From Candidatus Bathyarchaeota archaeon (GTDB taxonomy: Archaea; Thermoproteota; Bathyarchaeia; Bathyarchaeales; Bathycorpusculaceae), in NCBI GenBank assembly GCA_963806535.1, contig CAWDYC010000004.1, positions 256,001 to 320,000 of the forward strand: 64,000 bases of DNA, written 5' to 3'. Under the pieces are notes generated by a model that was not told the origin of the DNA, ran no database searches, and saw only the letters and a list, made by a program, of their open reading frames with translations. Positions 20,558-31,519 of this stretch are shown piece after piece. A program made the translations under genes and the position numbers. Within the stretch, counting starts at the first letter, position 1. Every line of letters begins with the position of its first letter.

Positions 20558-21606
20558 GTGATATTGGCAAGTTTACGTTCGATTTAATTGAAAAATTGGT
20601 TTACCCCAAACTAGGTGCTGAAAGAGTAGAAGTGCTTGTTGGTCCTGGTGCCGGTCGTGATAACGCAGTTATCCAGTTGAAAGGAGGTCAAGTGCTAGTT
20701 ACGACAGCTGATCCCCTTTCTGTGATTCCTGCTTTGGGGTTTAAGGACTCAGCGTACATATCGGTTCATCTGATTGCTTCGGATTTGGCTACTTGTGGCT
20801 TTGCCCCTCAGCTTTTTATGGTTAATCTCAATGTTCCACCTGAAATGAAAAATGAAGAGTTTGAAGAGTATTGGACAAGTGTAGATGAAGAATGCAGAAA
20901 GCTCGGGATAGCTATCGTGGGTGGGCACACGGGCAGGTATGCTGGTTCAGGATACACAGTTATAGGCGGAGGAGTTATGATGGCAGTTGTACCTGAAAAT
21001 CGGTACGTAGCAAGCACTATGGCTAAGCCTGGCGACTTGATAATGATGACCAAAGGTGTCGCTATAGCTACAACGGGAATACTTTCTAGGGGTTTTCCAC
21101 AAACTATTGAAAAATATTTTGGGTCTGCTTTTCTTAAAAAGACTAAGCGGTACCTTTACAGCTTCAGCGTGGTTGAAGATGCGTTAGTTGCAGCTTCGGT
21201 AGGCTTGAGGGATCAAGGGGTTACAGCTATGCATGATGTCACCGAAGGTGGGCTGTTAGGCGCTTTATATGAGTTTTCAGAGGCATCGAATACTGGTTTA
21301 GAGGTTGATATTTCAAAGGTTATTATTACTGATGAAGCGAAAGAAATCTGTCAGCTGTTCAAGATTTCCCCTTATAAGACTTTAAGCGAAGGTACTCTGC
21401 TTTTAACCGTGAAACCTGAAAAAGCTTCAGCTGTTCAGCAAGCGCTTGATTTGAAAGGTATTAAAAATGCCATAATTGGAAAAATGAATGACGTCGCGCA
21501 AGGCAAATGGATCAAGAACGAAGGTAAGCAAGAGCATTTAGAGAGACCAGAACCTGATCCTTATTGGACGGCATATTGGAAAGCAACTAGTGAGGGTTGG
21601 AAATGA
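20554..21606 (+). CDS. AIR synthase-related (PurM/HypE/ThiL-like) protein
   Basis: TADP, ASDLA, IVGGHT, PGD, MHDVTEGGL, SEGTLL. Confidence 0.88.
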   Translation: MSDIGKFTFDLIEKLVYPKLGAERVEVLVGPGAGRDNAVIQLKGGQVLVTTADPLSVIPALGFKDSAYISVHLIASDLATCGFAPQLFMVNLNVPPEMKNEEFEEYWTSVDEECRKLGIAIVGGHTGRYAGSGYTVIGGGVMMAVVPENRYVASTMAKPGDLIMMTKGVAIATTGILSRGFPQTIEKYFGSAFLKKTKRYLYSFSVVEDALVAASVGLRDQGVTAMHDVTEGGLLGALYEFSEASNTGLEVDISKVIITDEAKEICQLFKISPYKTLSEGTLLLTVKPEKASAVQQALDLKGIKNAIIGKMNDVAQGKWIKNEGKQEHLERPEPDPYWTAYWKATSEGWK

Positions 21607-22241
21607 CACATTTCCGTGGTCTTAAGGGATTGTACCTTGTTGTATCACCAATTTTACCTTTTGAGCAATTGTTGCTTGCCACGGAAAGGGCGCTTGATGG
21701 CGGCGTTGACATACTTCAGTTATCAACAAGCAAAGAAAACCAAGAGATCAACGCTTTAGCAAATGCGCTTGCAGATTTAGCGAAGAAGCATGATATCCCA
21801 TTTCTTGTCAACAATAATTTAGAATTGGCTGCCAAAGTCAAAGCTGACGGGGTGCACTTTGACACATATGACGTTTCCCCCAAAGAGGCAAGGCAGGTTA
21901 TTGGCAATGAAGGCATTGTTGGTTATACTGTAAACGTTGATTTAGAAAAAATTATGTGGGCTGAACAGGAAGATGCAGATTACGTTTCATTCTGTTCGAT
22001 CTTTAATCAATGCCCAGGTGGACCATGCCCGATTGTGCCCCTTGATGCAGTAAGAAATGCAAAAACCAAGGCCAATATTCCAGTATTTGCAGCAGGTGGA
22101 ATAAACATTGAAAACCTTTTTGCAGTTCTTGAGGCAGGCGTGGATGGCGTTGTGGTTACATCTGCTATTCTAAAATCTAAAGATCCTAAACAGATTGCAC
22201 AAAGCTTTAAACAAATCATTAACAGGTTCCTTGAAAAATAG
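21603..22241 (+). CDS. Thiamine phosphate synthase-like TIM barrel (divergent ThiE/TenI family)
   Basis: LYLV, GGVDILQL, ADGVH, ADYV, AAGGI, GVDGVVVTSAI; several active-site motifs altered. Confidence 0.8.
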   Translation: MTHFRGLKGLYLVVSPILPFEQLLLATERALDGGVDILQLSTSKENQEINALANALADLAKKHDIPFLVNNNLELAAKVKADGVHFDTYDVSPKEARQVIGNEGIVGYTVNVDLEKIMWAEQEDADYVSFCSIFNQCPGGPCPIVPLDAVRNAKTKANIPVFAAGGINIENLFAVLEAGVDGVVVTSAILKSKDPKQIAQSFKQIINRFLEK

Positions 22242-23145
22242 TTAGCTTCTGCTTTGCCAGTGTTTTACTTCTTCAGTTCTGACAAGACGAAGCTTACTAT
22301 TTCTTCGGCTATGTTGACTTTTGCTACGACCTGCAAGCCTTTCCAACCAGGCTGACTGTTAACGTCAACTATGCGTGGTCCTTGCGGTCCCTCAAGGATG
22401 TCTACGCCCGCAACTTTTGCAGCCCACAGCTTTAGCGGATTTTATAGCTAATTCTTCGAATTCTTTGCTAATTGTTGCAGGCGCTGGTTTCGCTCCTCGG
22501 CTGTAGTTGGTTTTCCAGCCTTCCGCGACGCGGCGCATCGATGCAACTACTCGGTCGCCGATAACAAATGCGCGTATATCTGAGTGTCCGTGAGGTACAA
22601 ACTCCTGCATGTAGATGACGCCATGATGGAATGTTATGGCTTTGAAAACTGTGTCAGCAATGTCAGCGTCAACTACTCGAGTTGCGCCTTGTCCTCTGGA
22701 ACCGAAAATTGGTTTAACGACAACGTCTCCGCCAAGTTCGCTAAAGGCTTTGAGCGCTTCGTTTACGCTTTCCGTGGCTAATGTCCGTGGAACAGGAACG
22801 CCCACATCTTCAAGGAGCGCCAAAATATCATATTTGTCAACACAATGCTCAATGGCTGTTGGCGGGTTCACCATGTAGAAGCCTTGACGTTCAAGCTTGT
22901 AGAGCATGTCCATTCTGAAAACCAGTTCTTCAAGTGAACCGCGTCCAATCGGGCGGATAATGAGTGCGTCTAAATCGTCAAGGATGCTGGTGCCGTTAAC
23001 TTTGAAGTAGGGTTTGTACGCGAGTCTTGCGACAAGTTTTGGAAAAGTGAAACATTCGTAAGGTATGCCTCGTTTTGTTAATGCTTCCCGAACTTGTGTG
23101 CTGCTCCATGCTTCAGGGATTTCGCGTCATTATTCCAAATTTCAA
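22242..23145 (-). CDS. RimK-family ATP-grasp ligase, MptN-like (frameshifted)
   Basis: GRGSLEELVFRMD, VVKPIFGSRG, YMQEFV, DIRAFVIG, WKTNYSRG, NSQPGW. Confidence 0.85.
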
Positions 23146-23253
23146 TGCAGATCTGTCCTTGCTAATGATGTAGTGAAGATGCTAAATGATTGTGCTCTTA
23201 AAGTTTCTGGGGAAAATGGAAAAATCAAGACTTTATTGCCAAAATAAAGAAAG

Positions 23254-23749
23254 CTAGTTTCTGAATTTATCCGAAAACAAAACTATTTTTTCTCTGTTTT
23301 TGCCTATCAAGTCGCCGATGAATGCTCCCAAAGCCAAACAGATTATCAGGCTTGTTATAGCAAAAAAGTCGATACCTATCGAACTTGCAATTTGCGAGTT
23401 AATCCCAATTGCATTAAAGGAAAGCACGATTGCTGCCCAAATGCCGAAGCCGATAACGGATGCTCCAACAAAAATGAATGTTGCTTTTTTGTTGTAGCTT
23501 GAAGGTTTAAACCCAAGAGAGAATGCAAAGCCTATCACCGCAAGAATGGTGCCCAATATCAATGCCTCTTTTTCGCAAAGAAATATTCATTAAAAATCCA
23601 TAGGCAAAAGTAAAAACCACCATAATTAACGTCAAGGCTATCCAGTACGTTTTGCTTTTCAAAAGGCTTACTGGTTTTGGCTGATCTTTAAACTTGGTTT
23701 TCTTCGGCTTCGTCTTTTTAGGCTGAGTCTTCGGATAAGTCTTAGGCAT
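23254..23749 (-). CDS. Hypothetical membrane protein (frameshift ~23570)
   Basis: Basic N-terminus plus several TM segments over two overlapping ORFs. Confidence 0.65.
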
Positions 23750-23829
23750 GACTCATTTGACTAAATGTTTTGCTTAATTAGTTTTTCATAAATAACCTAT
23801 GAAGCTCTCGGGTCAAGTCGAGAAACATG

Positions 23830-25799
23830 CTACTTTATTCTTTCAAGCCGCAAAGAATTCAGCAAGAGCAGCATCGTGACTCCATCGTCACCTGCAATGA
23901 CGGTTGCCAGCAAACCTGTTACGCCGATTACTCCTAAAGCTCCTAAAATTAGTTTTATTACAAGTGATGCCGCAATGTTTTGTTTTGCAATATTCATTGT
24001 TTTATCGCTTAATTTTATGAGGTATGGAATTTGTGCCAGCTCATCTTTCACGAGCACTATGTCTGCTGATTCGAGGGCAACATCAACGCCCTGCTGCACC
24101 CATGGCTATACCAACATCTGAAGCGGCAAGTGCAGGAGCATCATTAACGCCGTCGCCCACCATTGCCACAAGCCCACCTTTGCCCTTCATTTCTTCAATG
24201 CATTTGAGTTTGTCTTCTGGAAACAGCTCCGCATAAACCTCATCAATCTTCAAAATATCCCCTGTCTCCTTGGCAATCTCTGTTCTGTCGCCAGTTAACA
24301 TAGCGGTTTTTATGCCAGTTTTTTTCAAGTCACTTACAGCTTTGAGTGCATCTTGCCTAACTTGGTCAACAACGCAAACTGCCGCAAACCCCTCTCTGCC
24401 AACAGAAACACAGACCGAAGTGTGAGTATCAGCTTCATCAATTGCGAAGGCTTCCGAACAATTACAATCGAACTGTTTCATTAACTCTAAATTTCCAACC
24501 GCGACAAAATCACCATTAACGTTACCTACGATGCCTTTTCCTGGAACCTCGGTGACATCAGTTATTTTGAACTTGCTTAGGTCAATGCCTCTTTCTGTGG
24601 CCCGTCGAACAATGGCTTGAGCAACAGGATGATTGGAAAACTGGTCAAGTGCAGCAGCATAAGCCAACGCTTCTTCTTCGGTTCTTTGCGTAAGCCTTAC
24701 TTCATGAACCGCGGGTCTGCCCATCGTTAAAGTGCCAGTTTTATCAAAAACTACTCGCTTTACCTTAGCTAATTTTTCAACGTAGATTCCGCCTTTAATT
24801 ATTACACCTCTTCTAGCTGCAATTGTTATTGCTACAAAAACTGTTGCGGGAACCGAAATGATGAAGGCGCTTGGGCAAGAAACCACAAGAAGAATAAGCG
24901 AACGGTACAGCCACGTATGGAAAGACATGCCAAAAACCAATGATGGCACGGCAGCGGTTAAAACGGCTAATATGATAATTATTGGCACATAGATTTTTGC
25001 GAATCGGTCTACAAGTTTTTCTATCGATGCCTTTCGTTTGCCCGATTGACCCAACAAGCACTATTATTCTTGAGACAAGAGTTTCACTGGCTCTTTTTGT
25101 GACAGTTATCTTTAGAGGACCACTCATGTTTAATGTGCCTGCATAAACGCAGTCGTTCAACTTTCTTAGTTACAGGCACTGATTCGCCGGTTACGACGGC
25201 TTGGTCAACATGTGAGAAACCATCAGCAACATTGCCGTCTAAAGGTATCCGCTCACCTGGACGGACAAGCAAAGTCATGTTCGGCTCAACTTGATTGACT
25301 CTTACAATTTTTTCCGTCTCCATCAGCGACGATTCTTGCTTGGTCGGGCATGAACTTAGACAGTTTCTCAACAGTTCGCCTTGCTCTATCCTCTATGTAG
25401 CCTTCAAAATATTCAGCAATCGAGTAAAGAAACAGTACTGTTGCCGCTTCAAATCGTGCATTAAGGTATAGGGCACCTAATGCTGCAGCAGCCATCAGAA
25501 ATTCAACAGAAAATCTTTTTTCAACAAATAGTTCTCGAAGACCCACTCACGCCAATGTATGCGGAAGCAGAGAGAACTGAAACATAATACAAAATTGTGG
25601 TTAACGTGGCTGGGACATTTATTATTGGCAGGTTAAAGCCAAGGGGGACTCCTGCAAAAAGGTAGTCAAGCAAACCACCTATCAGAACGGTTAAGCCAAG
25701 CAAAACTGCAAAGGAAATTATGACACGTTTACTTTCATGTTCCTCTGCTTCTTTCTGCTCTGGCTTTTCTACGCAGAATTTATCTTCTTCAGAAGTCAT
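23830..25799 (-). CDS. P1B heavy-metal-translocating ATPase (multiple indels)
   Basis: TGES, SCPS, DKTGT, HP, GDGVNDAPAL motifs across five ORF fragments. Confidence 0.92.
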
Positions 25800-25873
25800 C
25801 GTTACCTAATAAAGAAAAATACTCGGCAAATATTAACTGTTCAGGTAACAGCCTCTGTTCACCATTGGTTGCA

Positions 25874-26508
25874 TTAGTAAAAACAAGGGATGTACTCTCT
25901 GACCCTGAAATTAACGCCTAACGCTTCGGCAACAGCCTGCGCTTTGGCTATATCCACTTCTGGCATCCGTACAACCGTCACTTCAACTTCAAGCACAGAT
26001 TTGGCTTTTTTTATGAAATCGATTGCTGCCTCATACGCATCAGCAAAAGTTGGTTTGCAAATCTCATTGTAAGTTTCTTTGTCGCCTGCGTTTAAGCTCA
26101 CGCTTACTTTGTCAACGCCAGCCGCCTTCAACTCCGCCGCCACATCCCTGCCTCGATTAAGCACGATAACCATGCCCATTTGTGTTCACCCTGATTTTCA
26201 GAGGTCTGCCATAATGCTGCCTTATCCACCGTGCAACCTCCAACAAGACATCCAACCTCTCAGTCGGCTCGCCGAAACCGCAAAAAACCACTTCATCCCA
26301 ATTCGCATATGCAAAACCTCGCTAAGCTCGGTGTAATTTGCGCAACGCTTGGCTCCTCTGATAGTTTAAGGTTGAAACCGCCCACGCCCTGCTTAAAATT
26401 TCTAAGACAGAAAAAGCAGCAGTTCGAACATCGATTGGTTATGTTTAGGTAGAGCTTGTTTTCCAGCCAGTAGACCGTTTTTGGCGTTTCATTTTTAGCC
26501 AGTTTCAT
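25874..26508 (-). CDS. TatD-associated-type radical SAM protein (frameshifted)
   Basis: LYLNITNRCSNCCFFC (CxxxCxxC), VSVSLNA, FRVREY. Confidence 0.82.
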
Positions 26509-26792
26509 CCGCCCGTCATTAGGGACATAAGAATAACGCTGTCGCCGTCTTTTAGTGGTGTGTTTACGCCTTTTAGTTGGTCCATGTGGATGCCGTTTAC
26601 CATGCTACGAAATTTGGTTTCATTTCTTTCTTGGTTGGGTCATAGACTTCCAAGGTAAGTGGTTTTCCATATTTAGCTGGCGATTTTATCTAGTAGGTCG
26701 ACTAGTGATGTATCTTCTTTGAGGTCGAATTCTTCTTGGCTTGTTTTTGTAAAACTTTTGACCAAGCTTATGTAATGTACTTTTATTTTCAT
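26505..26792 (-). CDS. MoaD/ThiS (SAMP-like) sulfur carrier (frameshifted; absent from the ORF track)
   Basis: MKIKVHY...VNGIHMDQLKGVNTPLKDGDSVILMSLMTGG-stop with C-terminal GG. Confidence 0.88.
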
Positions 26793-27025
26793 TTTTTTGA
26801 CCTTACTAGCGACTTAGTAATATGAAATTGATTAAAGCATCTCATATCTTTTTTCCAGCGCAAATTCGAGATTTAGCAGGTGATTTATTTGAAAAACCGA
26901 TGTTATTCTTTATGCATTACGGCAGCAAAAAGCTTTATTTAAGCCATGAATTTCCAAAATACAAACCCATTAAGTTAATATACTTTTCAACTGCCTAATA
27001 GTAAAAATAATCGGAGGAACAAGGT

Positions 27026-28882
27026 TTGTTCGGTTACGCAGGTAGAGTTTTACACGTTGACTTAACTACAGGCAAAATTACTTTTGAAAAATTAGATGAG
27101 GAAACTGCCAAAAAATATATTGGCGGCATAGGCTTAGGAATGAAACTTTGGCTAGACAATTCAAAAGCAGGCGTTGACTCATTCAACCCAGAAAACCCAT
27201 TGGTTTTAACAGTCGGCCCAGTTTCTGCAACAATGTTTCCTACAGGCGGAAACGGCCACGCCTTTATATCAAAATCACCAGCAACTCACGGTGTCGGAGA
27301 AGCAGTAAGTCACGGCACTTTTGGAGCAGAAATGAAAAGAGCAGGATACGACGCGGTTATCCTGACTGGAAAAGCTGAGAAACCAGTTTATTTGTGGATT
27401 GATGATGATTCAGCTCAACTACTTGATGCCGAAAAAATCTGGGGTAAATCACCCTCTGAAACTGAAGACTCAATTAAAGATGAACTTGGTGATTATTACG
27501 TTCGGGTTGCATCCATTGGTTTGGCCGGAGAAAAACTATCAAAAATCGCCAGCATAATAAATGAGAAAACTCGTGCTGCCGGACGAACAGGTTTAGGCGC
27601 AGTGATGGGTTCAAAGAACCTTAAAGCCATCGCTGTCCGAGGAACCCATGATATCGTTGTTGCTAAACCAGACGAGTTCATGGAAATGGTCAAAGAATTT
27701 CATGAACGCATGAAAGGACCAGCAGCCCAGAAATACCGAACTTTAGGAACAGCAGAAAACATCATGATACAAAACGCTTTGTACTGCTTGCCGACCCGCA
27801 ATTATAATAATGCTCATTTTGAGAACGCTGAAAAAGTAAGCGGAGAAGCATTAAACGAAAGGTACATAGCAAAAATAATTGCTTGCAACTCATGCGCCAT
27901 GCGATGCGAGCATGAAGCAGTAGTTAGGGAAGGACCCTACAAGGGAACGATGGCGCGAATGGAATATGACAATATTTGGGCGCTTGGACCAAACTGTGGC
28001 GTAGATAAACTTGATGCCATAGTGAAAGCAGCTGAACTCTGCAACTACTACGGCTTAGACGCTACAAGTGCAGGCGTAACCGTAAGTTTCGTAATGGATT
28101 GCCACGAAAACGGGATCCTCACACATGAAGAGCTTGGCGGAATTGACGCTCACTTTGGAAACGCAGAAGCCCTCATTCAACTTTTGGAAAAGATAGGTAA
28201 ACGAGAAGGAATCGGCGACATGCTGGCTGACGGCGTAAAAGTAGCTGCAGAAAAAATCGGCAAAGGCTCAGAAAAGCTTGCCCAAAATATTAAGGGCTTA
28301 GAAGTTACAGGCTACGATTTGCGTTGTCTCAAAACAACTGCTTTAAGTTTTGCAGTTTCTTTCCGAGGCGCAGACCACAACCGAAGTGGCGCATACGCAT
28401 TAGACCTTTCAGGAAAAGTTGACCGTTTGAAAGCTGAAAAAGGACGCGGCAAACTCGTTAAAGATTCCGAAGATGTTTACGCGTTAATTGATTCACTTAT
28501 CATCTGCAAAAACGCTAAAGGCACACTATACAAAGAATTAGCTGATATGGCAAAACTGTACACGTTGGTAACTGGGATAGAGATGTCGCCTCAAGAATTC
28601 GGTGTAGCTGGCGAACGAATAAACAATCTTGCACGTTTAATCAACGTCCGCGAAGGATTAAGCCGCAAAGACGACACGTTGCCATGGAAAGTTATGAATC
28701 AACCCATCCCTGATGATGGACCCGCAAAAGGTGCAGTAGTAACTCAAGATGAACTTGACCTGTTACTTGACGATTATTACCAAGCACGCGGTTGGACAGC
28801 AGACGGTGTCCCAACAAAAGCCCTACTCAACAAGCTCGGTTTGGAAGATTTATCAAATATCGTCGAAGGAAAAGAGGATTAG
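27026..28882 (+). CDS. aor: Aldehyde:ferredoxin oxidoreductase (tungsten AOR family)
   Basis: GYAGRVLHVDL, KSPAT, AAGRTGLGAVMGSKNLKA, CxxCxxxC, YYQARGW. Confidence 0.95.
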   Translation: MFGYAGRVLHVDLTTGKITFEKLDEETAKKYIGGIGLGMKLWLDNSKAGVDSFNPENPLVLTVGPVSATMFPTGGNGHAFISKSPATHGVGEAVSHGTFGAEMKRAGYDAVILTGKAEKPVYLWIDDDSAQLLDAEKIWGKSPSETEDSIKDELGDYYVRVASIGLAGEKLSKIASIINEKTRAAGRTGLGAVMGSKNLKAIAVRGTHDIVVAKPDEFMEMVKEFHERMKGPAAQKYRTLGTAENIMIQNALYCLPTRNYNNAHFENAEKVSGEALNERYIAKIIACNSCAMRCEHEAVVREGPYKGTMARMEYDNIWALGPNCGVDKLDAIVKAAELCNYYGLDATSAGVTVSFVMDCHENGILTHEELGGIDAHFGNAEALIQLLEKIGKREGIGDMLADGVKVAAEKIGKGSEKLAQNIKGLEVTGYDLRCLKTTALSFAVSFRGADHNRSGAYALDLSGKVDRLKAEKGRGKLVKDSEDVYALIDSLIICKNAKGTLYKELADMAKLYTLVTGIEMSPQEFGVAGERINNLARLINVREGLSRKDDTLPWKVMNQPIPDDGPAKGAVVTQDELDLLLDDYYQARGWTADGVPTKALLNKLGLEDLSNIVEGKED

Positions 28883-28884
28883 AA

Positions 28885-29389
28885 ATGGTAAAAGAACACG
28901 AAAGAAAATTCGTTTCTGTTGACCCAGAAAAATGCGTAGGATGCCAAGTCTGCGAGTACGCTTGCTCATTTACTAAAGAAAAAGCCTTCAACCCGCTCAA
29001 ATCACGCATTCGCGTTGTTCGCGTTAACCAAGTAGCTAACATGGCAGTTACATGCAGACTCTGCGAAGACCCAGCATGCGTAGCCGCTTGTCCACGAGAT
29101 GCACTTACACAATCAAAAGATACAGGCAACATTGTATTGGACAAAGACAAATGTAACGGCTGCGGCTGGTGCATCGAAGCCTGCGACTACGGAGCCATAA
29201 TGCTTCATCCAGAAACCAAAGTAGTCTACGTCTGCGACCTTATGCAAAGACAAAGCAGATGGACCACAATGCGTCAAATGGTGTCCTGAAGAAGCATTAA
29301 CATTGGTCACAAGCGACGTGCTGGCGCAGAAAGCAAGAATTAACGCAATCAAAAAGCTGCTCCAAGAACCAAAAGAAAACACGAAATAA
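28885..29389 (+). CDS. 4Fe-4S dicluster electron-transfer protein (frameshift ~29240)
   Basis: CVGCQVCEYAC, CRLCEDPACVAACP, CNGCGWCIEAC. Confidence 0.9.
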
Positions 29390-29440
29390 AAAAAGCGCCA
29401 AGCCTTTTACATTTTTCTTTATTTTATACTTGCCATTTTG

Positions 29441-30196
29441 CTATTTGCTCAAGTGCTCTTCTTTCATGCTAACGCAAAAATTAGTAAAATTATACCTAAG
29501 ACAAGGACTGAGCAAAGACACAATTCGTTTGAACGATCTTTCAGGTATCTTTTTTAAAAGTAAATTGCCTGCAAAAGTGCCTATTATCACGGCTATTGAC
29601 GAAAAAATTAGGATAAGCAGAAATTGGCTTACCTGATTGTATTGCGTCAAGAAATAAACTGGCATTCTAACTGCATCAACAATTAATGCCGTCGCAGTAG
29701 CAGTTGCAATGAAAGCTTCCTTCTCAACATCAAAATTAAGCAGAGCAACCGCTCTTATGCCCCCTTGCTCCCCAACTAATCCACCGAAAAATCCAGAAGC
29801 AAGACCAACAACGGCTGCTCCTATCTTTCCAAAACGTAACCGCTCGGAAACTTGAATTACCCCGAGGATTCCAGCTAAGATCAGCATAACATAAAAAATA
29901 ATTTGCAGAAGATTGCTTACGAAAAAGACGTGAACGAGTGCTCCAGCTATTCCTCCCGCAGCGCTTAACAAGCCAAAGCGTATCAGTATTTTGCGGTTAA
30001 CTTTGGATTTCAGAAGCCAAAAACGTGAAGCTGAACCAAAGAAATGAGGCAACGAAACAAGTGCAATTGCGACTTTGGTTCCAGTTTGAATGCTTACTAG
30101 CGGTGTGAGAAAGCTTCCTATGCCAAATCCTGCCACGGACGCAGTCATGCCTGCAAAGAAACCTACGACAACAACTGCAACCAAAAATTCTAACAA
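29441..30196 (-). CDS. TSUP/TauE-SafE family transporter
   Basis: GFGIG, GFFGGLVGEQGG, multiple TM segments. Confidence 0.88.
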   Translation of the reverse strand: MLEFLVAVVVVGFFAGMTASVAGFGIGSFLTPLVSIQTGTKVAIALVSLPHFFGSASRFWLLKSKVNRKILIRFGLLSAAGGIAGALVHVFFVSNLLQIIFYVMLILAGILGVIQVSERLRFGKIGAAVVGLASGFFGGLVGEQGGIRAVALLNFDVEKEAFIATATATALIVDAVRMPVYFLTQYNQVSQFLLILIFSSIAVIIGTFAGNLLLKKIPERSFKRIVSLLSPCLRYNFTNFCVSMKEEHLSK

Positions 30197-30325
30197 TAAA
30201 ATACCTAATTAAACAATTAATAATGCAGGTTAAAACTCTTTTCAAAGGTGCATTTCTGCAAAACCTATTAATACATTTAGAATTACGTTTAGGAAATATA
30301 ACTAACTCTTGCAAGGTGCCAGTAA

Positions 30326-31126
30326 TTGCTTGCCCAAATAATCATAACAATAATTCTCGGTTTAATCCAGGGATTAGCTGAATGGCTACCTATTTCCAGC
30401 ACCGCTCACCTGCGAATAGCTGAGCATTTTCTGGGGTTCTCCGCGACACCGCTTTTCAATGTGTTTTTGCACATAGGCACACTTGGGGTTGTTATTTTCT
30501 ATTTCAGGCATGACATCAAAGTCATACTTACCGCGTTGGTGCACAGGGACTTCCACAGCGAGTACGGGAGATTCATTCCTCTAATCGTAGTTGCAACAAT
30601 CCCGACTGGCATAATAGGGGTACTCTACGACTTTTACATCGGCGACACCTATCAAACAATCCTAATAATCGGCATAACTTTCCTGATTGGCGCCGCGCTT
30701 TTGTTCTCATCAAAGTTTGGCAAAGAAAACCAAACCCAAATCTCGTACCGCCAAGCACTCGTCATGGGTGCAGCTCAAGGGGCCGCCAGTTTTCCAGGAC
30801 TTTCAAGAAGCGGCTCAACAATATCAAGCGGGCTTTTGCAAGGTGTAAAGCGGGAAATGGTTTTCAAATTCTCCTTTTTGCTTTCTATTCCAGCCATAAT
30901 TGGCGATTTAGGTGTCGAGGCTTATCATCAACGAGGTACTTTTTCACAGGGTGTTGGCGTTAGTCCTCTGAATCTTTTAGTGGGCTTGATTTTTGCCGTG
31001 ATTGCCGGATATTTTGCCATAGTGCTTGTGAAAAAACTGGTACTAACCAAGAGGTTCCATTACTTTGCCGCATACACGTTTGCCCTTGGAATGGCCCTAA
31101 TAATTTTAACCATATTAGGATTTTAG
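30326..31126 (+). CDS. uppP: Undecaprenyl-diphosphate phosphatase (BacA)
   Basis: QGLAEWLPISSTAH and PGLSRSGST motifs. Confidence 0.93.
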   Translation: MLAQIIITIILGLIQGLAEWLPISSTAHLRIAEHFLGFSATPLFNVFLHIGTLGVVIFYFRHDIKVILTALVHRDFHSEYGRFIPLIVVATIPTGIIGVLYDFYIGDTYQTILIIGITFLIGAALLFSSKFGKENQTQISYRQALVMGAAQGAASFPGLSRSGSTISSGLLQGVKREMVFKFSFLLSIPAIIGDLGVEAYHQRGTFSQGVGVSPLNLLVGLIFAVIAGYFAIVLVKKLVLTKRFHYFAAYTFALGMALIILTILGF

Positions 31127-31190
31127 CGTTTCATGCGTTAATCCTTTAAGCAAATTTTTCAACAAAACTTAGAACCTAGTTTTAGCAAGC

Positions 31191-31338
31191 AGAAGAAGAA
31201 GAAGAAGTGTGCCCCTGCAGGTTTTCTTCTTCTTTTAAAAGCAGAGAAGAAGTAGGATGTGCTATTTCCAGCCGTCCTTCTTATTCTATCAGAGAAAAAC
31301 AACACCCAGTGCTAACACCAACCGTTGTTGTTCTACTA
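31191..31338 (-). repeat. Three-hairpin dispersed non-coding element, copy 1
   Basis: About 90% identical (manual alignment) to the reverse complement of 59281-59425; strand inferred from G-U pairs and a GAAA loop. Confidence 0.9.
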
Positions 31339-31519
31339 AATTAGCTTCTTTAAAAATACATGCAGCCGTTTGAGCTCCAAAAGAAATGGTTTCTTTCCGA
31401 ACAATTGTGTCGCAACTTTGCTTTTCTTATTCTTTCGAAACCGTATTTCATAACAATATTAAATAAGCAAATGAAGCTTTTGTTTAATTGAGCTTTGTTG
31501 AAACAAAGCAGGAAATTTT

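Noticed and set aside
24860-24890. CPS instead of CPC motif in the P1B ATPase
   Set aside because: CPS is a known P1B variant and is not distinctive alone
31191-31338. Three-hairpin element as a CRISPR mini-array or small peptide gene
   Set aside because: No identical direct repeats with unique spacers, no cas genes, and the open frame in copy 1 has a stop and an indel in copy 2
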